From an uncultured Candidatus Saccharibacteria bacterium (GTDB lineage: Bacteria > Patescibacteriota > Saccharimonadia > Saccharimonadales > CAYUUR01), in contig CAYUUR010000002.1 of assembly GCA_964448075.1 (NCBI GenBank), forward strand, positions 222,010 to 286,009: DNA of 64,000 bases, given 5' to 3'. The notes under the pieces are model-generated. The model made no database searches. It was not told the DNA's origin and saw nothing but the letters and a program-made list of their open reading frames with translations. Positions 26,174 through 34,575 of the stretch are shown here, one piece after another. Each line of letters begins with the position of its first letter. Position 1 is the first letter of the stretch. The position numbers and the translations under genes are program-made.

Positions 26174-27688
26174 AACTTTTTTGCTTCTGTTGCTGGGGCG
26201 GAAGATGGCAGTTTGCTTAAGCGTGTGGGCAAGGCCAAGCCCCGTGCCAGCTAGACTATTGAACCGAGCTTCAAAATCTTTCACACAAAAGAGCTTTTTA
26301 TAAATGATGTTTTTGCGTAGCCCGGGAAGTCTCATTTCTTTTTCCATAGTCATCAGAATTTTATCGGCATAGCTTTCCAGTTCTTTATCGGTGTATTCTA
26401 GTCCGGCAGCAATCGGTACGAGTACAAACATGTTCTCTTTGCCTTCTGGCGCGACGCTCGGGTCGGTTTTGCTCGGGGCACAAACGTAGAGTGATGGGTC
26501 ATCAGGGAAGCTTGGGTTATCAAATATCTGGTCAAAGTTTTGTTTCCAGTTTTTGCTAAACAATAGATTGTGGTGCTGCAAAGAATCGTATTGTTTATCG
26601 ACACCCAAATATATGAGTAGAGCAGAAGGCGCAAGCGTACGAGATTTCCAGTATTTCTCTGAATGGTCACGCTGTGGTCTCTCGAGCAGTTGCGTTTCTG
26701 TGTGGTGCGGGTCGGCGTTGCTAATCACCGCATCTGCATGGGTAGTTTTACCGTTTGATTTTACTCCTACAGCTTTTTTGTCCTTGATGATAATTTTATC
26801 GACGGGCGTATTGAGCTGTATTTTCACGCCATTTTTGTGAGCAATTTTCACAAGTGCTTTAGTTACTTCATACAGTCCACCCTGTGGGTAGAAGACGCCT
26901 TGATTAAAGTCGACATGGCTCATTAGGTTATACAGTGCCGGGGCGTTGTATGGGCTCGAGCCAAGGAAAACTAGCGGGTACTGCATGATTTGTTGCAAAC
27001 GTGGATCCTGGAAGTACTTGCTGACGTACTTATCCATCGTAGACAGCAGCGAAAGTTTGTGGGCTTCACGCGCCAGGGCCGGGCTCATAAAGTCTTTGGC
27101 GGAATCGTAATTACGGTACAGGAATTTATTAACTGCAACGTCGTAGACATAGGCTGACCTATCGAGATACTGGTGAAGTTTTTCTCCTGCGCCAGGTTCG
27201 ATAGTATTGAATGTTTTGCTGTCACGGGCTAGGTCGCCGTAGATATCTACCTGTTGATCGTAATCTTTGAAGGTTACACGGTAGCTCGGCTGGAGACGCA
27301 CTAGTTGATAGTAGTCCGAGGTTTTTTCACCGACCGACTCAAAGAATCGGTCAAAGACATCGGGCATAAGGTACCAACTCGGCCCCATATCAAACCGAAA
27401 GCCAACCTTGTCGCGGTCTGCTGCGTTGGCGCTGTGCTGCTCCTTCGCCGTACTAGTTTGTACGGCTTCAGTGTGCTGCTCGCTGCCGCCTTGCATCCCA
27501 TCGACAATCTTACCTTTCGGAGCATCGTAGAGCTCACCATAGGTTACATCCATTAGTCCGGCTCGGCCACCGGCTTGTTCGTTTTTCTCTAGAATTGTTA
27601 CGTCCCAGCCATCGCGTGCCAGCAGGATTGATAAACTCAGACCACCAAACCCGGCACCAATTATTATTGCTTTTTTCTGTTCTGACAT
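26078..27688 (-). CDS. crtI: phytoene desaturase family FAD-dependent oxidoreductase (CrtI/CrtD-like)
   Basis: 536 aa with the dinucleotide-binding N-terminus KKAIIIGAGFGGLSLSILLARDGWDVTILEKNEQAGGRAG and a CrtI-like C-terminus GANVHPGIGLPVCLISAE. Confidence 0.85.
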   Translation of the reverse strand: MSEQKKAIIIGAGFGGLSLSILLARDGWDVTILEKNEQAGGRAGLMDVTYGELYDAPKGKIVDGMQGGSEQHTEAVQTSTAKEQHSANAADRDKVGFRFDMGPSWYLMPDVFDRFFESVGEKTSDYYQLVRLQPSYRVTFKDYDQQVDIYGDLARDSKTFNTIEPGAGEKLHQYLDRSAYVYDVAVNKFLYRNYDSAKDFMSPALAREAHKLSLLSTMDKYVSKYFQDPRLQQIMQYPLVFLGSSPYNAPALYNLMSHVDFNQGVFYPQGGLYEVTKALVKIAHKNGVKIQLNTPVDKIIIKDKKAVGVKSNGKTTHADAVISNADPHHTETQLLERPQRDHSEKYWKSRTLAPSALLIYLGVDKQYDSLQHHNLLFSKNWKQNFDQIFDNPSFPDDPSLYVCAPSKTDPSVAPEGKENMFVLVPIAAGLEYTDKELESYADKILMTMEKEMRLPGLRKNIIYKKLFCVKDFEARFNSLAGTGLGLAHTLKQTAIFRPSNRSKKVSGLYYVGANVHPGIGLPVCLISAELVRRRLQ

Positions 27689-27696
27689 CTGCTAGG

Positions 27697-27703
27697 TATA
27701 ATA
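27697..27703. promoter_or_regulatory. overlapping face-to-face -10 boxes (TATAAT on + / TATTAT on -) of a 21-bp divergent intergenic region
   Basis: The entire spacer between the crtI ATG (27688, -) and the cyclase ATG (27710, +) is CTGCTAGGTATAATACTAGCT. Confidence 0.55.
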
Positions 27704-27709
27704 CTAGCT

Positions 27710-28030
27710 ATGCAGCAGTACGCCTATATTTGCGTGTTAGTTTTTTCGCTCAGCGGACTGGCTTTTCTTGACTATCATAAACGTTTGGCATGGTTCTGGG
27801 ATGCACGTAAAACTGCACTGATCCTGGCTCTTAGTCTTGTTTTTTTCCTAGTTTGGGATGTCGCAAATATTTCGGCCGGTATCATCGCCACAAACCCGGC
27901 GTGGGTGACCGGACTATACGTATATTCTTCCAATATGCCGATTGAGGAGTTTCTGTTCTTGACGCTACTCGGGTATCAAACATTGCTTTTATGGAGATGG
28001 AGGCAGCAATGTTCACGTACTTTGGTTTAG
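27710..28030 (+). CDS. lycopene cyclase domain protein, small subunit 1 (CrtYc/CrtYe-like)
   Basis: 106 aa with 3 TM helices and the hallmark PIEEFLF motif. Confidence 0.75.
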   Translation: MQQYAYICVLVFSLSGLAFLDYHKRLAWFWDARKTALILALSLVFFLVWDVANISAGIIATNPAWVTGLYVYSSNMPIEEFLFLTLLGYQTLLLWRWRQQCSRTLV

Positions 28031-28323
28031 CAATTCCATTTCTGGGATTGGTTTTATTGCTCGATACGGTGGTGCTCAAAACGTGGGTAATTAAGACGCG
28101 AGATTTCTGGGTCGTACTTGGAATAATGATGGGGTTCACGGCAGTGTTCGACCAGCTATTTACTGGGTTGCCGATTGTTTGGTACGATTTCAGCCTCACA
28201 TCTGGCCTGAAACTTTGGTATGCGCCAATCGAGGATTTTACATATACAATAGCAGCAGTAATAGGAATAGGATCAGTACTGAAATATGTCAGTGGCTCGA
28301 GCAAAAAACCAATCAAAGACTAG
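28009..28323 (+). CDS. lycopene cyclase domain protein, small subunit 2 (CrtYd/CrtYf-like)
   Basis: 104 aa from the ATG at 28009, which is preceded by GGAGG. It has 3 TM helices and the motif PIEDFTY, and it overlaps subunit 1 by 22 nt. Confidence 0.75.
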   Translation: MFTYFGLAIPFLGLVLLLDTVVLKTWVIKTRDFWVVLGIMMGFTAVFDQLFTGLPIVWYDFSLTSGLKLWYAPIEDFTYTIAAVIGIGSVLKYVSGSSKKPIKD

Positions 28324-28431
28324 CATGACTGTCAAAGCAGCTATAGAAGCTCTTTGCTTGAGCGTATGTTTGATTTTCTCATCGAGAAACGCAGTGATGC
28401 GTATATATAATACGGAGAGTGAGTATCGCAG

Positions 28432-29358
28432 ATGAAAAATCGATCAGGCGCCAAGAAGACAGCAAAGTTTGCGGCTTTGCCGAAAACAAAGATGACTGCC
28501 AAAGAGCTTCTAGTGGTGTCGCGGCCTTTTTGGTGGGTAAATACCGCAGCGCCATTTGTAGCCAGCTACTTCATTATTGCTGGATTAGTAGATTGGACAC
28601 TAGCAGTTGGTGTGCTGTTTTTTGCTTTTGGCTATAACTTAATGATGTACGGCATTAATGACATTTACGATTACGAATCTGATATTTTAAACCCGCGCAA
28701 AACAGGTGTGGACGGGTCAGTCCTTGCCAAAACCAAACATCCTACGCTGTGGAAGTGGATATTCGTTGTTAACGTACCTTTGATTATTTACTTGTATTTG
28801 GTAGGTAATGTAGCCTCAAACGTATGGCTGACAGTCATGCTATTTATGGTGGTAGCTTATAGTCAGAAAGGACTGCGATTCAAAGAAATTCCGTTAGTCG
28901 ATTCATTCACTTCTAGCTTTCACTACACTTCGCCGTTTATTTTTGGTGGACTTTTGGTCGGAGCAAGTGAACTGTACATTCCAGCCTACATTGCGTTCTT
29001 TGTCTGGGTGATGGCCAATCATGCTTTTGGCGCCATCCAAGATATCACGCCTGACCGTGAAGCAAACATTAGCTCAGTTGCAACCAAACTTGGTGCGAGC
29101 AAAACAATCATACTGGTGCTGTCTGGTTATGTTCTTGCTGCTGTCTTGCCCGTTGTTTTTTACGGCTGGGGAGCGTTACTGGTTTCAGTGTTGCTTCTGC
29201 CATACGTGGTGATGGTGGCGCGTACCTTGCCGTACCGGCATAATGACAAGGCGCCAATCTTTGGCAAAGCCTGGGATCAGTTCCTGTACTACAACTATTT
29301 CAGCGGTTTTTTACTAACCTGGGCACTGTTATTTGCATTTGACCGACTTCCATGGTGA
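28432..29358 (+). CDS. UbiA-family prenyltransferase (lycopene elongase CrtEb/LyeJ-like)
   Basis: 308 aa and polytopic, with the Asp-rich motifs NDIYDYESD and QDITPD. It has its own TATATATAAT promoter at about 28402 and sits directly next to the cyclase subunits and crtI. Confidence 0.7.
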   Translation: MKNRSGAKKTAKFAALPKTKMTAKELLVVSRPFWWVNTAAPFVASYFIIAGLVDWTLAVGVLFFAFGYNLMMYGINDIYDYESDILNPRKTGVDGSVLAKTKHPTLWKWIFVVNVPLIIYLYLVGNVASNVWLTVMLFMVVAYSQKGLRFKEIPLVDSFTSSFHYTSPFIFGGLLVGASELYIPAYIAFFVWVMANHAFGAIQDITPDREANISSVATKLGASKTIILVLSGYVLAAVLPVVFYGWGALLVSVLLLPYVVMVARTLPYRHNDKAPIFGKAWDQFLYYNYFSGFLLTWALLFAFDRLPW

Positions 29359-29402
29359 AGCATTGAAAAACTTGACTATCTGTGGTATAATACCAACCAT
29401 TA

Positions 29403-29785
29403 TGACTCCAGAACAAGCATCACTTAGTACCGCCCGCGGACACGTCTATTCTGATGATTACTTTGCTGAACTACGTGCCGAAAGGGAAGTAGCTGAACTA
29501 CGTGCAGCAAGTGAAAGAGCCGAGCAAATGGCACGAGAGGATCAATCTGATGCATTGCAGGCAGAACGTCGTGCAAAGAGCGACGGTCATCCGGTCGTTG
29601 CGAGTGCTGTTTCAGTAGAAACCACGTCTGACCATCAGCCTGCGAGCCGCGCCGAGAGTATTGCCATGGCGCGTGCAGCAGTGAGTGGGCCTTCGAAGTG
29701 GAATAATCCTAATGAACCAGCAGCGCGTCAGCCGCGACAACCAAGGCCAGCACCAAAGAGCTTGACTGATGTCAGAAGCCGCTAG
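29403..29785 (+). CDS. hypothetical, charged/disordered protein
   Basis: The ATG at 29403 lies 10 nt after TGGTATAAT. The ORF-track start at 29333 would overlap the prenyltransferase gene. G+C is elevated. Confidence 0.45.
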
Positions 29786-30650
29786 TCAGTTCCCACAAAC
29801 TGAAACGTTTCTAACAGGTATTCCAACTGCCGAAGAAGCAGAGCTGCTGCTCGCTGACGTGAATGCACGTGATGCTCGGCGCATGGCTAAGTTGGCCGCC
29901 GTTGCGGTGCCTGACACTGAGACAATGCGGGGCAGAGTTCGCGAATCGTTGGTTGAAGATCTCACGGCTGAGCCTCAGCCAATCGATCCGAGAACGCTCA
30001 CCTATGTCAGTAGACGCTTAGCTAGAGAGACTGATCCGTTAACCGACCAGTTTACCAATCATTATCACTTTAAGCATCCATTTGATTACGTGGTCTATAC
30101 AGCCAAGCCAACAGCCAAAAACAAAGATGGCGGTGCGGCGCTGATAGATGATCCTACACGTGACGAACGACAAAAACAAAATGTGCCAGATCGTGTACAG
30201 ACCGAAGTCCGGACAAATCTTCAAAATGCCCAACTCTATGTTGCGGCATTATCGACAGTGCAAAGGCAGGTAGAACAAGGGGTAACTGTCGACGAAGACC
30301 CTGGCCGACTCGCTGCCGCTGCCATCGAGGACTTTGCTCACAAGCTTCGCGCAAACCAGCGTGTATGGCAGCGAATCCAGGGAGCAAACGCCTTAGATGT
30401 TCGGGTTGAGCATATTGGGTTGTATGCCGCTGAACACCCCGCATTCCTAACCACGCAACCTGAACTTATTGGTCTTGCTAAAGATGAACACGCCAAAGCA
30501 GTAAGGTTCTGGCAACGGGTCATGGGTGTTATACTCGAGGCTGACATTGACCGTTCGACTGATGTTGACCGACGACGTGCCGCTAATATCGCTGAACTAA
30601 TCGACTTCCTAAATATTTATGACACAAGCAAACACCCGCGTACTTCCTAA
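29769..30650 (+). CDS. hypothetical protein
   Basis: 293-aa ORF that overlaps the upstream ORF by 17 nt. G+C is elevated and I recognise no motif. Confidence 0.5.
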   Translation: MSEAASQFPQTETFLTGIPTAEEAELLLADVNARDARRMAKLAAVAVPDTETMRGRVRESLVEDLTAEPQPIDPRTLTYVSRRLARETDPLTDQFTNHYHFKHPFDYVVYTAKPTAKNKDGGAALIDDPTRDERQKQNVPDRVQTEVRTNLQNAQLYVAALSTVQRQVEQGVTVDEDPGRLAAAAIEDFAHKLRANQRVWQRIQGANALDVRVEHIGLYAAEHPAFLTTQPELIGLAKDEHAKAVRFWQRVMGVILEADIDRSTDVDRRRAANIAELIDFLNIYDTSKHPRTS

Positions 30651-31596
30651 GCCTTTTTTGATACTAGCGCCAATGGACGATGTGACCGATACGGTCTTCC
30701 GGCAGATTGTGCACGCGTGTGCACCGGCAGATTTGTACATGACGGAATTTGTAAACGTCGACGGCTTACAAAGTCCAGGCAGGGAAAAGCTACTACCAAA
30801 GCTTAAGCTTGCAGCCAGTGAGGGTTCAGTGATTGCTCAGATATGGGGTAAAAACCCGGATAACTACTACAAAACAACCAAAGAACTTCAGGCTATGGGC
30901 TTTGTTGGCGTCGACATCAACATGGGTTGTCCAGTTAAGAATGTCGTACAAAGCGGTTGTTGCTCGGCGTTGATTAATAACAGGGGTCTAACAGGGGAGA
31001 TTTTGAGCGCAGTAGGGGAGGCGGCTAGGGAAGTAGCTGAAGAAACCGGCCAAGACTTCCCTGTGTCCGTAAAGACTCGTTTGGGCTTGAAAGAAGTTGA
31101 TTACACATGGCATGAGTTTTTACTCCAGCATAAACTTAACATGTTAACTATCCACGCACGGACGACGAAAGAAATGTCCAAAGTACCGGCTCATTGGGAT
31201 GATATTGTGCCCATACGGGAATTGCGCGACGCACTCTCCCCCACCACCTTGCTCGTCGGAAACGGCGATGTTGAGAGTCGAGCACAAGCGGAGGAGTTGG
31301 CAAAAGAGTACGACCTGGACGGCGTAATGATCGGGAGGGGTGTTTTTACTGATCCGTTTGTTTTTGCTACTGATTCGCCATGGGCTGCGTACTCAAAGGA
31401 GCAAAAGATAGCCCTGTATCGCCAGCACGTTCAGTTGTTTGCAGACACGTGGAAGAATAACGAGCGCCGGGTGGTGACACTCAACAAATTCTGCAAGGTG
31501 TATATCAACGGTTTTGATGGTGCTAAAGAACTACGCGAGAAGCTTATGGCCGCCCGTAGCACAGATGATCTGTTGGCTTTGCTTGACGCTACTTAG
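30619..31596 (+). CDS. dus: tRNA-dihydrouridine synthase
   Basis: LAPMDDVTDTVFR, the VDINMGCP catalytic Cys region and a TIM-barrel length of 325 aa. Confidence 0.85.
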   Translation: MTQANTRVLPKPFLILAPMDDVTDTVFRQIVHACAPADLYMTEFVNVDGLQSPGREKLLPKLKLAASEGSVIAQIWGKNPDNYYKTTKELQAMGFVGVDINMGCPVKNVVQSGCCSALINNRGLTGEILSAVGEAAREVAEETGQDFPVSVKTRLGLKEVDYTWHEFLLQHKLNMLTIHARTTKEMSKVPAHWDDIVPIRELRDALSPTTLLVGNGDVESRAQAEELAKEYDLDGVMIGRGVFTDPFVFATDSPWAAYSKEQKIALYRQHVQLFADTWKNNERRVVTLNKFCKVYINGFDGAKELREKLMAARSTDDLLALLDAT

Positions 31597-31925
31597 GCGT
31601 ATTGAGCGCCCCATTCTGACATCTGATTGAGTACTCCGCGCAAGGCACGCCCCTTCTGGCTTAACCCGTACTTGTATCGCGGCGGATGCTCGCAATACAT
31701 TTCTTTGGTTATAATTCCTTCCAGCACAAGTTTTTCCAGGCGCTGGCTGAGGGTGCGCGGACTGATGCCATCAAGCAAGGTTTCGATATCACAGAATGAG
31801 CGGGATTCGTCGGTGAGGGCGTGCAGCAACAACGGTGTCCACTTGTCACCGAGTATGCCAAGTGTGTTTTCTAGGCAGGACGAATCGCAGTCAGTATTTT
31901 TTTGCATAAACCCATTATAAATCAT
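31593..31925 (-). CDS. HxlR-family winged-helix transcriptional regulator
   Basis: LGILGDKWTPLLLHAL...SPRTLSQRLEKLVLEGIITKE. The gene is divergent from the flavin reductase gene. Confidence 0.8.
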   Translation of the reverse strand: MIYNGFMQKNTDCDSSCLENTLGILGDKWTPLLLHALTDESRSFCDIETLLDGISPRTLSQRLEKLVLEGIITKEMYCEHPPRYKYGLSQKGRALRGVLNQMSEWGAQYA

Positions 31926-32003
31926 TAAGTCACTTTACAAAATAAAGTTAGTAACTATACTAAGTGTAGTAACTAGTATTCGTAACGAAAGGACAAGCAA
32001 AAA

Positions 32004-32570
32004 ATGAAACCAAAAATTGGAGTTATCGTAAGCACAACCCGCCCTACCCGTGCTGGTCTTGGTGTTGCTGAATGGTTTGTTGATCAAGTCAAAGATATGC
32101 CAGAAATGGACTATGAACTGATTGACCTGAAGGAAGTGGACTTACCGCTTTTGAGCGAGCCGGAGTCAGCTTCGTCCGGAAACTACACACAGGATAAGGT
32201 TAAAGCATGGAGCAAGCGAATTGCTGACTTTGACGGCTTTGTGATTGTGATGGCTGAATACAATAATGGCTACCCAGCACCACTCAAGAACGCCTTTGAT
32301 ACGCTATACAACGAATGGTCCCAGAAACCTGTGGCTTTTGTTGGCTACGGTACGTATGCGGCGTCTCGTGCGATTGATCACATGGTGGCAGTCGTTGCTA
32401 AAGTTAATGCAATGCCGATTACATCGACCGTGATTGGCGTCGTGAAACCATGGGAAGCTATGGACGAAAAGGGCTGGCCAAAGGCAGAGTATGTAATGGG
32501 CAATATGGCTCACTTTGTTAATAATCTGGCTTGGTGGACGACTGTACTCAAAGCTGCGCGCAAACAGTAG
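32004..32570 (+). CDS. NADPH-dependent FMN reductase family protein
   Basis: 188 aa with the flavodoxin-like N-terminus KIGVIVSTTRPTRAG and AEYNNGYPAPLKN. Confidence 0.8.
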   Translation: MKPKIGVIVSTTRPTRAGLGVAEWFVDQVKDMPEMDYELIDLKEVDLPLLSEPESASSGNYTQDKVKAWSKRIADFDGFVIVMAEYNNGYPAPLKNAFDTLYNEWSQKPVAFVGYGTYAASRAIDHMVAVVAKVNAMPITSTVIGVVKPWEAMDEKGWPKAEYVMGNMAHFVNNLAWWTTVLKAARKQ

Positions 32571-32701
32571 CTACTCAAATCAACTCTAATCTGCTATACT
32601 CTCCCCTGTTACTTGACCTTATTTAGGTAAAGAACAGTCTGTCAAAATGTACTACATTTTGCTGACGTAAAGAGAAGAGCCAAATAGGCTTGTCTCCTAA
32701 A

Positions 32702-32777
32702 GGGGGTGTAGCTCAGTGGTTAGAGCAGTCGGCTCATAACCGATTGGTCGAAAGTTCAATTCTTTCCACCCCCACCA
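32702..32777 (+). tRNA. tRNA with CAU anticodon, probable tRNA-Ile2 (lysidine substrate)
   Basis: Hand-folded cloverleaf: GGGGGTG/CACCCCC acceptor, GCTC/GAGC D stem, GTCGG-CTCATAA-CCGAT, TGGTC, GAAAG-TTCAATT-CTTTC, A, CCA. The D arm and TTGGTCG variable region resemble E. coli ileX. Confidence 0.8.
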
Positions 32778-32788
32778 CAAGGATTAGT

Positions 32789-33697
32789 ATGCATATATCG
32801 ATTACGCGCTCAGAACATCAGATACCTGGTGCTCACTATCGCCCTATTGAACACTTCAACAAGGAATACATGGCTCACGATGTTCATCGTGTGATAGAAG
32901 ATAGGCCAGATGTTATTCGCAAACACCCAAAAAGTGTCGAACTGGACGAGATTGATCTGATACTCGCCAGTGGTAATCAAGAATACGCGTCTGCTAGCGT
33001 CGAAGATCCATACAAACGCGGCAGATTTATAAATGGCTTTATATATGTGCGGGCACTGGCAGCGTTTATGCATGAAGATGTTGCGCGACATCATGTGCTG
33101 AACGGATTCGCCGATCTGGCTGGGCGTGTCGGCACAGGAGCGATAATTGGTCGTGATGTAAAGATTGGGTCTGGTGCGCAGATTGGCAGTTTTGTCGAGG
33201 CACATCGCGGTGCTCAGATTATGGATGATGCTGTGGTTGGAGAGGGTACGATTCTGCGTAAAGGGGCACGGGTGAGTAGAGGTGCAGAGGTGGGCGCCCA
33301 CGGATACGTCGGACAGTTTGCTCACGTTGCTCCTGGAGTAAAGGTTGGTTCTTTTGGGGTGATCCAGCACAGTGTGCAGTTCAAGGAAGCAGTAATCGTT
33401 GGTAGTCAGGCCAGCATTGGCCGTGGAACATACTTTGATCAAGGTGTTTACGCTGGTGACTCGGTGACAGTTGGCCGTAATGGCTATTTTGGACCGAACG
33501 TTGCTGTAGGTGAAATGACTACCATTGGTGATAATCCGCACGTTGGTGAAGGTTCTTCAATCGGTGCCGAATCACGCTTTGGTCACTTTGTTCGTGTAGC
33601 CAAAAACACTATGCTTGTCTCGCCGACATATGCGGAAGACGGCGAACTGATTACCCAGTCAAATTTATTGGCGAGACGTCCTCGCACAGAGGAATAG
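32789..33697 (+). CDS. left-handed beta-helix (hexapeptide-repeat / bactofilin-like) protein
   Basis: The C-terminal ~200 aa is built of repeats such as IGxxVxIGSGAQIGSFVEAHRGAQI. The start is moved to 32789 because the ORF-track start at 32690 runs through the tRNA. Confidence 0.6.
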   Translation: MHISITRSEHQIPGAHYRPIEHFNKEYMAHDVHRVIEDRPDVIRKHPKSVELDEIDLILASGNQEYASASVEDPYKRGRFINGFIYVRALAAFMHEDVARHHVLNGFADLAGRVGTGAIIGRDVKIGSGAQIGSFVEAHRGAQIMDDAVVGEGTILRKGARVSRGAEVGAHGYVGQFAHVAPGVKVGSFGVIQHSVQFKEAVIVGSQASIGRGTYFDQGVYAGDSVTVGRNGYFGPNVAVGEMTTIGDNPHVGEGSSIGAESRFGHFVRVAKNTMLVSPTYAEDGELITQSNLLARRPRTEE

Positions 33698-33700
33698 AGC

Positions 33701-33856
33701 GTGGCCATAGCCCCACAATGCGACAAATGCGGTCAGGAACTTGCCGACTACGGCGCACTAGTCCTGAGTCCACCAAATAGCCAATCTGAGGTCAAGAAAC
33801 TTCATATCTGCAAGGCCTGCTACGCGCAAATCGAAGCGTTGATTGCCGAAGGTTGA
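33701..33856 (+). CDS. small zinc-ribbon protein (51 aa)
   Basis: Hand translation from the GTG: VAIAPQCDKCGQELADYGALVLSPPNSQSEVKKLHICKACYAQIEALIAEG, with CxxC..CxxC pairs. Confidence 0.35.
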   Translation: MAIAPQCDKCGQELADYGALVLSPPNSQSEVKKLHICKACYAQIEALIAEG

Positions 33857-33871
33857 TATACTATATCGGTA

Positions 33872-34321
33872 ATGCTAGAAAAGATAAAAACAGCCGATAA
33901 AAAAGCGCTGCTTAGTCAGCTGCGAGACACCCGAACGCTCGGGTTATTAGTATTTGTGGTCTTGGTGCTCTTGGTCAGCTGGAGCGGCATCAAATCCATT
34001 CAGACCAACTATGAATTACAACGAACGATTGCTCGGCTTGAGCAAGAGGTAGAAGTGATGCAACTCGAGAACGCCAACGCCAAGCTACGTAATCAGTACC
34101 TAGAGACCGATCAGTTCTTAGAGTTAGCCGCGCGTCGGCAGTTTGGCAAGGCAGCACTTGGAGAAAAGCTTATTATTGTTCCAGAAGAAGTAGCCCTGAG
34201 CTACACAACAGAACCGATCAAAGACAAAAAGACCACAAAGCAACCACAGGCACAGAAGTCGCGCTATCAGCGGAACTTTGAGGCGTGGATGGAGTTCTTC
34301 TTCAGGCAGCAGTCTTCCTAG
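33872..34321 (+). CDS. septum formation initiator family protein (FtsB/DivIC-like)
   Basis: 149 aa with an N-terminal TM helix, a leucine-zipper-like coiled coil and the pattern DQFLELAARRQFG..GEKLIIV. Confidence 0.6.
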   Translation: MLEKIKTADKKALLSQLRDTRTLGLLVFVVLVLLVSWSGIKSIQTNYELQRTIARLEQEVEVMQLENANAKLRNQYLETDQFLELAARRQFGKAALGEKLIIVPEEVALSYTTEPIKDKKTTKQPQAQKSRYQRNFEAWMEFFFRQQSS

Positions 34322-34324
34322 AAA

Positions 34325-34573
34325 TTAGCGAATTCGGGTAATCAAACGAAGGTTAGCAAGGTAGTGATCGGGGTTGACACTCGGATGTGTGGCAATAAAC
34401 TTCATGTGTTTTTCAACAAACGGCACGAGGTGGTTTGGGTACTGTGCCGTATTAGCACTATAGCTTGACTTGGTATTGTAGGTTGCGCTTTGGGTCATTT
34501 GCAGGAGCGTGGCTTGTACGCCGAGTCCTTCCTCGGACTCGTAGAAATCAACACGCTTGTGGGTTGTCGCCAT
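34325..34573 (-). CDS. hypothetical protein (82 aa)
   Basis: The ORF starts 2 nt after the stop codon of a 20-codon basic mini-ORF. Confidence 0.4.
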   Translation of the reverse strand: MATTHKRVDFYESEEGLGVQATLLQMTQSATYNTKSSYSANTAQYPNHLVPFVEKHMKFIATHPSVNPDHYLANLRLITRIR

Positions 34574-34575
34574 GA

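Noticed and set aside
32690-32788. The N-terminal extension of the beta-helix protein given in the ORF track (start at 32690).
   Set aside because: The extension is a translation of the tRNA gene at 32702-32777. The internal ATG at 32789 is the plausible start.
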